Shown here in pieces: positions 9,675-19,000 of a stretch of 64,000 bases of DNA. The stretch is from positions 160,001 through 224,000 of the forward strand of contig JBGAHS010000010.1 of NCBI GenBank assembly GCA_044226015.1. Direction: 5' to 3'. The number at the start of each line of letters is the position of its first letter. Position 1 is the first letter of the stretch. The notes under the pieces are model-generated. The model did no database searches and was not told the origin of the DNA. It saw only the letters and a list, made by a program, of their open reading frames with translations. The translations under genes and the position numbers were made by a program. This stretch comes from Candidatus Obscuribacteraceae bacterium. GTDB taxonomy: Bacteria; Cyanobacteriota; Vampirovibrionia; Obscuribacterales; Obscuribacteraceae.

Positions 9675-10044
9675 ATTCGCCTCTGCAAACAAGGGTGACA
9701 GCGCTGATCTTAGCGAAGTTCGCAAAGAAACACATTTGGATAATCCAAGGGTGTGATATCCATTGTATATCTTTGGGGCGTGCCTGTCGCAGCGGGAATG
9801 CACGTATTACATGTGTCATACCGAGATTTGCTTTGCAGCAGCAGAGCGAGGTCCGAGGGCTCTCTTGATCAGTTTAAACTTTTCAAATGCCATCAAAGCT
9901 TGTTCACTGTGCTGGCGGTTCCGTCAAACTAATAGATGATTTTTAGAAGATAGCTCTTATCGTGAATAGCTAAGTTTGTTACAACTACAATTGAGACGGC
10001 GATTAGCATGTTCTTTATTGCGATTGATGTTTTGGTTTGCATAA

Positions 10045-10377
10045 TTATTGTCTCCATACTACGAGTGCTTGTCGAGCTAATCTAGCTCTGCGGCGGAAAT
10101 TTTCATCAGGACAGTTTTCAGCAATCGTCAGAAATATTTTTGCAGCTGCTGCCTCTTGCTTCGATTGAGCAAGCGACATACCAAGGAAAAATTGAGCATC
10201 CCAGTTCTGTGGATTCTTTTTCACAGCGTGTCTAAAACAATCGGCTGCAAGATCGAAGTCACCACTTTTGTATGCTGATACACCAGACTCATAGTTCTCA
10301 TAGAGTCCGATGTTGCTTGACTCGAAATTGCTTATCATTTTGGCGACCCTCCAGATTTCTTTGAACATTTTGATCAT
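10045..10377 (-). CDS. Small TPR protein
   Basis: TPR pattern YESGVSAYKSGDFDLAADCF...NWDAQFFLGMSLAQ; paralogue of 12937..13233. Confidence 0.75.
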   Translation of the reverse strand: MIKMFKEIWRVAKMISNFESSNIGLYENYESGVSAYKSGDFDLAADCFRHAVKKNPQNWDAQFFLGMSLAQSKQEAAAAKIFLTIAENCPDENFRRRARLARQALVVWRQ

Positions 10378-10542
10378 CCCTCCTGGCTGTGAGCGATTCG
10401 TGAGGACTGGTTGGGGTCTGGTGATGCTTACCTGGTCTGGCTCAAGCTCCTCTTGGCAATAAAAGCGGTGAGATGGAAAGGTTCTTTTGGAATTCGTTTG
10501 TGAGGATTCTGTGAGGCAAATTCATTTTGTTTCAGGTTCCTT

Positions 10543-12090
10543 CTACTTCTTTTGGGTGAATATTCCTTCGACAAAACTTGTTAGCGGAGCGGCACTTAGT
10601 TGAGAAGGTAACGTGATGCCGAACAATGTTGTCGTTGTTGACGCTGCAGTAGTCTTCTGAATAGATACGGTTGTGGAAGCTGAACCCTTTGCAAAAAGCA
10701 ATGGCGCAACTACACGTGGTGGCTTAATTGGTAGTGGAGTTGGTGTTCGCAAGGGTGGTCTCAAGCCAGGCGACCTCGCCGGAATAGTCGGTATCGGTAA
10801 CGGTCGGGGGGTTAGCACTGGTCGAGGGATTCTCGGCGTGGGAGTTGGAGTCGGAGTTGGAGTTGGAGTTGGAGTTGGAGTCGGAGTTGGAGTCGGAGTT
10901 GGAGTTGGAGTTGGAGTCGGAGTCGGAGTTGGAGTTGGAGTCGGAGTTGGAGTCGGAGTTGGAGTCGGAGTTGGAGTTGGAGTGGGAGTTGGAGTCGGAG
11001 TTGGAGTTGGAGTTGGAGTTGGAGTCGGAGTCGGAGTTGGAGTGGGAGTTGGTGTCGGAGTCGGAGTCGGAGTTTGATTTTTTGCAAGATTTGCAATCAG
11101 AACTTTCATCTGCGGTGTGTCCTGTCCGTTGACAGGTTCCACTCCAAATACATATGCTTGCCACCATGGACCTGCAGACCAGTATGTGTAGCCGTCCCAC
11201 TGTGCCTTGTTTGCATAGATGTATTTCAGCATCGCGTCAAGATCATCCAGCCCACCCGTGCTAGCTGGTACCCCGATTTCGCCAAGAAAACCTGTGCGGT
11301 TGTTTGCTTTCAACCATGCTGTGAATCCCGTTAAGTACGAAACGGCTTCCGCAACACTCACTGTATCTGTTGTGTTTCCGGAACCGTCGTAATTGACGTA
11401 TTCATGAACTTCAAATGTAAAATTGTTCGCAGAGTCTGTGAGCTTTAACATCTCCGCCCCAGTAGTTTCTACGAAGTTTCGTGCATGGTTCCAATATGGT
11501 GCAGACACAACTATCAGGCTGGTATTCCCTGCAGCTCTAATTGCATTGATTGCTTCCTGAGTCGAAATACGCCAGGTCTCAGAAGTCATGCCTGCACCAT
11601 TTGGTTCCCCCATCAAACTTAGAATTACTTTTGAGTTGTTCTTATATCTGGTTCCTATCTTGCTCCAGAAGTCTGCGAAAACTGAGTTAGCAACGCCACC
11701 GGGAACGCCCACAATCGCACCATAATACTCACCGTGATTATGAAGTTCGATCATTGTGGTCATGCCTTTTGCTGCGGCATAGTTTACGACTGCGTCTATC
11801 TGCGCAAGGTAGTTCGGTTCAAGGGCACCATTGGCGGTGGGTTGTGTTCGTTCCCATGCGATGGGAAGCCGAATTATGTTCATACCCCTTGCAGCAAAAT
11901 AGTCTAGTTCTGCTGTAGTAGGAAATACATAGTCGTAATTATTGACGCCAGGAAAAACGCCAGCACCCCATTCAGCGCCTGATATGCTTACGCCCTCGTA
12001 CTTCATTCCGCCAGTGGCAGCAATTGAGCTATTGTCCACCAGGAGGGCGAAGGAAAGCGCTGTGACTATTGGAAGGAATTTTCGCAGCAT
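10543..12090 (-). CDS. Secreted glycoside hydrolase family 5 (endoglucanase-like) with C-terminal Thr-Pro repeat tail
   Basis: Signal peptide; [29 protein letters not shown] (acid/base Glu), FEVHEY, FLGEIG (nucleophile Glu) and YWSAGPWW motifs. Confidence 0.9.
   Translation of the reverse strand: MLRKFLPIVTALSFALLVDNSSIAATGGMKYEGVSISGAEWGAGVFPGVNNYDYVFPTTAELDYFAARGMNIIRLPIAWERTQPTANGALEPNYLAQIDAVVNYAAAKGMTTMIELHNHGEYYGAIVGVPGGVANSVFADFWSKIGTRYKNNSKVILSLMGEPNGAGMTSETWRISTQEAINAIRAAGNTSLIVVSAPYWNHARNFVETTGAEMLKLTDSANNFTFEVHEYVNYDGSGNTTDTVSVAEAVSYLTGFTAWLKANNRTGFLGEIGVPASTGGLDDLDAMLKYIYANKAQWDGYTYWSAGPWWQAYVFGVEPVNGQDTPQMKVLIANLAKNQTPTPTPTPTPTPTPTPTPTPTPTPTPTPTPTPTPTPTPTPTPTPTPTPTPTPTPTPTPTPTPTPTPTPTPTPTPTPTPTPRIPRPVLTPRPLPIPTIPARSPGLRPPLRTPTPLPIKPPRVVAPLLFAKGSASTTVSIQKTTAASTTTTLFGITLPSQLSAAPLTSFVEGIFTQKK
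10834..11073 (-). repeat. 6-bp coding tandem repeat (GGAGTY on + strand) encoding about 40 Thr-Pro units
   Basis: Run of ggagtt/ggagtc/ggagtg units about 240 bp long. Confidence 0.97.
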
Positions 12091-12307
12091 GAAGGTCTCC
12101 CTTGTTACGGCGACCCTTTCCGCTTTGAAGAGTGTATATAGGTGTGTTTGCGTCGTCGACGTTTTCGACCACGCATATTAGTGACTTTTCCATTGAATCA
12201 ATTTGTATTCCAACAACACTATTGGAATAAGAATCTGCAATCAATCATTAAATCAAAGAATCAATCAGGGAACTAAACTGCTGGACCTGCTTCATCAGTC
12301 GGAAGAA

Positions 12308-12820
12308 CTAAAGTTTTTCGCCACCACTCAACACTGACCATATGACGCCTGATACTACAGCCACTGTAATGTATTTCAAAATTCGCGGCATTGATTTAAC
12401 AGGAAATAGCGCCAGTTGTACCAATGTTGCTGCGGACACAGAGCCGACAGCTTCTCGGGCGAGCATCGATCCAAGGGACCCTGAAGGCATGAATATCGCA
12501 AACAACAGAGCGATTGCAGAAAGGGCAAGACCAACTTGATAAAAAATCTTCAAAGCTTTTGTCGCAGTCAAATTATTGTTTGAGTGTAGCGGTCCGATCT
12601 GCTCTTCTTGATGTTTGGCGTCTTTGTTATAGATTGAAGCTCTGAGCGCTTTTGCTCTTGCCGTTGCGTTGGCGGCATCTAATAATTGTCCGGAATCTTT
12701 GAGAGCGGTTGCAAGCTCATCAAGCTTGTAAGAAACTTCAAGACTATTTGAGCCGAACTGATGTTCAGTTGAAGCCAGTTCTGACTTTAATTCATCGATT
12801 GACTTGCCTAGATAACTCAT
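12308..12820 (-). CDS. Hypothetical membrane protein with N-terminal TPR-like helix pair and about 3 TM segments
   Basis: EHQFGSNSLEVSYKLDELATAL resembles TPR_12-type repeats; hydrophobic C-terminal half. Confidence 0.6.
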   Translation of the reverse strand: MSYLGKSIDELKSELASTEHQFGSNSLEVSYKLDELATALKDSGQLLDAANATARAKALRASIYNKDAKHQEEQIGPLHSNNNLTATKALKIFYQVGLALSAIALLFAIFMPSGSLGSMLAREAVGSVSAATLVQLALFPVKSMPRILKYITVAVVSGVIWSVLSGGEKL

Positions 12821-12936
12821 TTGCTGCCAAATTTCTGCTTGCTCGATTTTATCATTGTTCTCGCACTTTCAGGTTCCTCACGAATTACTCACTCGGCCGA
12901 TCGAGAATGAATTTAAGCTATTAGGAGAAATAAGCC

Positions 12937-13233
12937 GTGACAAATTTGGAACACACTTTGAACAAATCGAACAGCAGTTTTATTTACGAAACTGGGTTAC
13001 ACGCTTACTACAAACATAATTACAAACTTGCAACCGAATACTTTATCAATTGCCTCAAAAGAGATCATCGCAACTGGAACGCAAGACTTTATCTTGGTAT
13101 GTGCTATACCCATACTAAGCAGTTCTCAGATGCGATGAGCCAGTTTCAAATGATTGAAGACGGCTGCTCCGATCCATCGATAAAGAATAGAGCCATTCTG
13201 GCTGGACTAGCACTCAACTCAATAGCCCAGTGA
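12937..13233 (+). CDS. Small TPR protein
   Basis: AGGAG RBS before the GTG start; YETGLHAYYKHNYKLA...NWNARLYLGMCY; paralogue of 10045..10377. Confidence 0.75.
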   Translation: MTNLEHTLNKSNSSFIYETGLHAYYKHNYKLATEYFINCLKRDHRNWNARLYLGMCYTHTKQFSDAMSQFQMIEDGCSDPSIKNRAILAGLALNSIAQ

Positions 13234-13234
13234 A

Positions 13235-13609
13235 TCATCCGACGAAGTCAGGGTCATCGGCTAGCAGAACTTGAAGCAAGCGTTTCTTCACGCCCAAGAC
13301 TGCTTTTGTTCTGAGGGAGTCATCGGCGTTTTTCCAAAACTCTGAAATCTTTAGAATCGACTCTATCTCGCTAACGTTGCCTGCGTTCAATAGCTCGTAC
13401 ACATTCTCGAAGCTTCTCTGTTCCGGCTCCTGGTGCCTAATTTGGTGAATCAGCAGAATCAACAAATAATCATGTTCTGCTTGTTCTTGCTTTGCATCCA
13501 GCGAGTCATCAGATGTGGCCAGTACGATCAAGTGCGAAAAGTGTTCGGCATCGATAGGACCATTTGCTCGGGTGAGAGCTTTCTGAAAGAGCATTGGCGA
13601 TTTTGACAT
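13235..13609 (-). CDS. Hypothetical helical protein
   Basis: 124-aa ORF filling the gap, with AAGG upstream of the ATG; no recognised motif. Confidence 0.55.
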   Translation of the reverse strand: MSKSPMLFQKALTRANGPIDAEHFSHLIVLATSDDSLDAKQEQAEHDYLLILLIHQIRHQEPEQRSFENVYELLNAGNVSEIESILKISEFWKNADDSLRTKAVLGVKKRLLQVLLADDPDFVG

Positions 13610-13798
13610 GAGTACCTTTTATCATTGACATGCGAAATTACATTCGACATCATTATCACACAACTGACCGTTGGATAATCGAACTTTCACGCGAAATTGG
13701 CAATCATGAAATCGCTAGTTCAGCTGGGTTGCCCGGTATGGCATTAGAAAAATCTCCTGTGAATTGTGCGTTTTTGGATTAGGCTCAAAGCTAGGACT

Positions 13799-14671
13799 AT
13801 GAATTTTCTGCAAATGAAATCTCTGAGCCGGGCTAAAACTGTCGCACTTATTGCGACGGTTATTGCATTCCTTTATGTTTTTCTTTCTCCATTCAATTCC
13901 CCTTTGTATGAATTGATTATGTTTCCTTGCCCTGACTTTCGAACTCCCGATGTTTCCAAAATGCTGATCAGTTTGAGACCTTATGGCATTGATGCAAGCG
14001 AAATCGAATTTAAATCACTGAACGGAAAAGTTCTTCGAGGCTTATTTCTTGAAAAAAAAGGTAGCAAAAGAGTCTTTCTCTTCAGCCACACAAAGGGTAA
14101 TAACGCGTACTTTCAGATAGAAAAAGCACGGTGCATGTGCGCTTTCAATGCATCCGTATTTCTATATGACTATCAAGGTTTTGGGAAGAGTGAAGGGCGC
14201 ATGTCAGTGAATAACAGCTGCGATGATGCTTTAGCGGCATATGATTATTTGCAAAAGGTCCGAAACTACAGCGCGGAAAATATCATCGCTGTTGGGCAGT
14301 CTTATGGCTCAGGGGTCTCCGGCCAGCTTTGCAAACGCCGAAAGCTTGCTGCCGTAATTATGCTTTCTGGGTTCTCATCACTTTCTTCAGCGGGAAAGAA
14401 ATCTTTGTTGTGGTTGCAGGCTTATCCTGATGCCGCATTCCCAAAACAAGATTTGGATAATGTAGAGGTGTTTTCAAAACCGCATCCGCCTCTGCTAATT
14501 GTTCATGGAGATCAAGACAGAGTTATTTCGGTAGAAGAGGCTAAACGATTATTTGCTAAAGCGATAGAACCAAAGCAACTCTTAATTCTTCGTGGCGGTC
14601 ACTGTTCTTTTGGTGATGGTGCTGATTTTGCTGTTTGTGTTTCTGACTTTTTGAAAAAGCATGGTATTTGA
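13799..14671 (+). CDS. Membrane-anchored alpha/beta hydrolase (ABHD13/Bem46-like); start probably ATG 13799
   Basis: N-terminal TM; YDYQGFGKSEG, nucleophile elbow GQSYG, IVHGDQD and GGH. Confidence 0.88.
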   Translation: MNFLQMKSLSRAKTVALIATVIAFLYVFLSPFNSPLYELIMFPCPDFRTPDVSKMLISLRPYGIDASEIEFKSLNGKVLRGLFLEKKGSKRVFLFSHTKGNNAYFQIEKARCMCAFNASVFLYDYQGFGKSEGRMSVNNSCDDALAAYDYLQKVRNYSAENIIAVGQSYGSGVSGQLCKRRKLAAVIMLSGFSSLSSAGKKSLLWLQAYPDAAFPKQDLDNVEVFSKPHPPLLIVHGDQDRVISVEEAKRLFAKAIEPKQLLILRGGHCSFGDGADFAVCVSDFLKKHGI

Positions 14672-14763
14672 TCCGGGAATTGGTCGTGATTGCTTGATCG
14701 TTACCTGATGCTCTCCGGGGCTTAGATGCTCATTTCTCTGCATTCTATGATGAGCTATTTGCA

Positions 14764-15855
14764 TTACCTGGAATTTGAATCGGGAATTCTCTTTGTAGGA
14801 TTTTTCGTCTGAATCCTCTTCATTTGGTCTTGCAGCCAGTAATCTTTTGCAAGTGTGGAAAAATCCTGAGCTTCAGATTCGGATGAGAAGCAACGCATTG
14901 GAATAACAACGGTACGACCATTCTCAAGCTTAAACATCAAGTTTTTGTTCCAGATCCATATGTTCTTGATGGATGACCAGACTAAGCGATTGTCGGTTCC
15001 CCCTAACTCTGTCGTTGATTCAAAAAACTCTGGAGTAATTGTGGTGCGAGCCTGCATCCACTCAGGATGATTTTTGAATTTGTTTCTGGCTCCGATTAAG
15101 GGCGAAAATAGCATTAGCAGCCCTGATGTTGTGCAGATAATTGCGGTGCTAAGCTCGATTTGGGGAATTTGCATTAGCGCAAACAAGCATAATCCGATTC
15201 CCAAAAACGCCTGGGCTTTAAGCAAGTAGTAATCGACAATTATTAGCTCTTTCAACGTTAGATTAGCTACAACGTGACGCCCATTGGGTGGTAAATCGCT
15301 TTCTTGTTCCTCTTTATCGAATGATAGACTATGACGCAGGTTCTCCCAATATTCTTTCGCCTTTTCAAAGAAATGTTCGGCATCGGCTGCGGAGGCGAAC
15401 CTATTGAAGGGAATCCAGTAATACATGTCGGGCTTGCGAGAAATGCGTAAAATAACTGCTCCATGTCGTTTTGCAATCAAGGAAACATTTTTCCATTCCA
15501 GATCGCTTTCGGCACCAGCAGGAGTCCTAACTTTGATGCGCTCTCTTGTCAGTGTTATGTTTGCTTCTAGCTTTTTCTTTTGCGCTTGATGAGTGAAAAG
15601 TGCAGTTACTGGATACAAAAGTAGATAGAAAAGAAATAAAAGGACTACGGTTTCGAGGAAAAACGGAGATGTTAGATTTGAGCCTCCGAGAAACAGTCCA
15701 GCAATAGAAAGACCTGCCAACATACCTGCAACCTGCAGCGAACGAACCAGCGGATGAAACGGCATGGATTGGCAATAGAGCAGGTCCATATATGACAGCG
15801 CATTTTGCACTGATGGCGATTCTTCTTTTGCGGGCAAGCTGTCTTCGTAATTCAT
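14764..15855 (-). CDS. Membrane protein with two tandem TM-hairpin + YcxB-like (PH-like) modules
   Basis: Internal duplication: SDLEWKNVSLI...YYWIPFNRFASAADAEHF...AKEYW versus NRLVWSSIKNI...TVVIPMRCFSSESEAQDF...AKDYW. Confidence 0.75.
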   Translation of the reverse strand: MNYEDSLPAKEESPSVQNALSYMDLLYCQSMPFHPLVRSLQVAGMLAGLSIAGLFLGGSNLTSPFFLETVVLLFLFYLLLYPVTALFTHQAQKKKLEANITLTRERIKVRTPAGAESDLEWKNVSLIAKRHGAVILRISRKPDMYYWIPFNRFASAADAEHFFEKAKEYWENLRHSLSFDKEEQESDLPPNGRHVVANLTLKELIIVDYYLLKAQAFLGIGLCLFALMQIPQIELSTAIICTTSGLLMLFSPLIGARNKFKNHPEWMQARTTITPEFFESTTELGGTDNRLVWSSIKNIWIWNKNLMFKLENGRTVVIPMRCFSSESEAQDFSTLAKDYWLQDQMKRIQTKNPTKRIPDSNSR

Positions 15856-15956
15856 GCTAGGAAATCGTTCTGAAATGCACGGACCTAATTGGGATCTGAA
15901 AGTTAGTCTTGTGCGTGCTGCAACTTAGATTTGCGCCAATAATGTCCTAGTATACA

Positions 15957-15988
15957 CAAAGAGGAGTTGGTCGCCCTACTCCTCTTTG
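15957..15988 (-). terminator. Putative intrinsic terminator downstream of the 4209-aa gene
   Basis: Perfect 11-bp stem CAAAGAGGAGT/ACTCCTCTTTG with a 10-nt loop; weak U-tract. Confidence 0.6.
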
Positions 15989-16049
15989 CTAACTATTCTT
16001 CCAGCTCTTTTATTACTGCGCTTGAGCTTGAGCTTTAAACAACAGCATA

Positions 16050-19000
16050 CTAGTTCATCGCTATGTTCTCCGGATTTGTTCTGCGATATTCGCGATAGCT
16101 GCCTGAAGACTTGCGAACTTGCATGATGATCGCGGCGTTCTTCAGGACTGTGTGAACGATGTGGACATCATTTCTGTCTTTCGATTGCTTCATCGCAGCC
16201 CAGGTCTTCATACCTCCAAGTGCTGACATGATGGAGAACTCAGATGTATGAACAGCTGACGAGCCAACAAGGCTAGATGTTAGTGTGCGGTGACCGATGC
16301 AAGCTATTGGATTGACTTGATCGAACGTACCCATTTGTCCGCTCACCGTAAGGTGATGTCCCGGTGCAAGTTTGATTTCTTGCTTACCAATTGTAGTTGC
16401 GACACTGCCAGAATGGTTGTCGTGGAAATTGTAAATTGACACACCCTCTGGTTTCGCTACTACCAGTACCACTGCCCCGGCGTTCACCTTGATGCTACCG
16501 AAAGCGGTTTCGACTGTTGTGTCTTGTTTTGGCACCATCAAAACGCTTCCGCGTTGCAAGTTAAGCTTGCCAGCATTCATTCTTCCATCGACCCCGAGCT
16601 TGCCGAAGTCTCTTACAGAGCCATTCTTCATGCCTGTTGGCATTTGTGGCGCCAGCAGTGTATGCAAGCCCGCCGGCTTGAATTCAGAGCTGATTTCAAC
16701 AGTGTCGCTTGCTGGATCAACCATCAACTCTGCACTGCTGTTGGTGCGCACATTTGTCCCATCAAACAGAATGAAGTTTTCTGGAATGAAGCTGAACTCG
16801 TCTCTTGTTGCAGAAGTCGAAGGCAGGTATTGTGAGACAGCTGATTTAACCGCCTCAGCCATCTTGTTTGCCGTCGCCGCTGTCTGAGTGGCTACGTTGT
16901 TGACCCACGAGGTGAATCCATTCATCGCATTACCATTGTTGACACTGTTGTTCGTGCTGGGTGCTGCGGCGGGAGCTGCATTGGCTGGACTCACAGTAAC
17001 TGCGTTTGTTGGACTTAGCAGGCTGCCACCAACTCGAGTTGGTGCATCCAATGGAATAGGGTCTGCCTTGACTGTTGCACCGGCTCCGATTGTGATGGTT
17101 CGTCCAGCTGTTGTGGTGTCGAATATGACATCAGCACCAATTGCTTGCAAGTTTGCGGTCTTACCAGGAGTCGCAGGCTGAATATTGCCAGCGTTGGCGC
17201 CAGCAAATATGCCGCCACCATTCTTGGTGGTGATGACAAACCCTGGTAGTGAGGTGACCTGTCCAGATTTCGCAGCCAGTACGTTGGCAATTCCTATGGT
17301 TACAGAACCCTGGCTTGTATTGGTCGCCCCCTTGATGATTGTTGTTACCTGCTTACTCGCTGCTATGTTGATAGTACCGGAAGCAGTGTCTTTGTTCTGA
17401 AGGATGATATTGCCACCTGATGCCTGCACATTACCATTGATGTTCATTGCACCAGCAGCGTTGACTAAGGTGATGTTTCCAGCGCCAGTCAGCGAAGTGC
17501 TAGGTGCCTTGGTCGAAACACCAAGAGCAGTAAGTGTTCCAGTTGTCTGGAATCCGAAGGAAAGCCCAGCTGTTGAGACTCCCAATGTGACAGCAGCACC
17601 TGTGTTGCTCACATTCACCAGAGCATTGGTCAATGTCGACAATGTGATGGTTCCGCCGTTGACGGTGGTAGCCAATGGTGCGGAGGACGAACCTATGTTT
17701 GACACACCTGTGGTCTTCAGTGTCAGAGCACCTGCATTTGTTGTGATCGAGCCGCCGACACTTCCAAGGTTTGTTGCATTGAACAATGATGTGCTTACGT
17801 TGTAGCTGGAGACTGCGGTGCCCACGGGAGCTGAACTTGTTCCCACCGTAGATGTAGCGCCACCATTGATGGTGAGCAATCCATTACCGATAATTTTGGT
17901 TCCGCTTCCGGTCAGGCTGCCGCTAACATTGAATGTGATGTCGCTTGCACCAGCTACACCTGCAACTACGCCATTCAAGAGTATGTTGTTGGCACTGCCA
18001 GAGTTCGCAGTCAGTGTTATCGAACGAGCGCTTATCGAGCCAACGGTCATTTTGCTTGCAGCTGTAGCGGTTTGTGTGACCACAAAGGAGGCACCCCCAC
18101 TAGAGTTGCCCAGGGTAAGTGCTGCAGAGCTATCTGACACTGCTACTGGTCCTGAGGAGTTTATGGTCAGGAGTGGAGCATTCGTTGCAGTTGCCAGTGA
18201 CACACCTTGCGTTCCTGCATTTATTGTCAACGATTTAGCTGCTTTGATGTCGCCAGATGTTTGGGTGACATCACCTTTGCCCGAAGCTGTCAATGTCACA
18301 ATTCCGTTTGTTGTGGTTATGAGCTTGAATGCACCGAGATGAACTGAACCGCTAGTCGCGTCAGTTGCGGCAAGGTTGATGCTAGTGGTGGCATTGATGT
18401 CACCCCCTAAGGTTATCGCAGCGGTGCTGTCTTGTGCCTTGCTGACGAGACTGAAAATAGTTCCCTTTGAGGCAAGCAATGTACCGACGGAGTTGTTCTG
18501 TAAGTAAACTGCGTTTGTCGTGTTTGCGCTCAGGTTGGAAGCTGCCACCACTATGGGGCTCTTCGTAGCTCCGATCGCTCCAGTACCAGAAACTAAGGTT
18601 ACCTTGTTGGCAGTTACCACTCCCTTATTAAGGACGGATGTGATAGTTCCTGTACCTGAGGCATTTAATGCTGCGTTGCCAGATTCGTTAATAGCAGAAC
18701 CAATAACGATGCTTCCCTTGCCTGGGTCAGTCATATTTATTGTTAGGTTTGTACCGCTGATGTTGCCAGTTGTCGTGACGACTCCTGATTTCGCATTGTT
18801 GTTAACAACCAGGTCGGTAACTGTAGAGTTGCCCAGGCTGAATGAAGCCGTGGCGTTGAGTGTGAGAGTTCCTGGGAAAGAAAGTGAGACAGTTTTTGCA
18901 CTCGTATTGACGGTCGCCGGCACGCCGAACCCACCGGCTCCTGCACCTAGAGTCAAAGCAGTGACAGTAGGTCCGAATGTGAGACCAGATAAGCCGGTGA

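Noticed and set aside
10673..11200. ORFs with (GV)n, (SN/SD)n, (LQ/LR)n and (EL/ES)n repeats
   Set aside because: They are alternative frames or the antisense of the 6-bp Thr-Pro repeat within the GH5 gene.
16050..16570. C-terminal domain as a CdiA-type polymorphic toxin tip
   Set aside because: It is conserved rather than polymorphic across the three paralogues. There is no VENN-like motif and no small immunity gene directly downstream.
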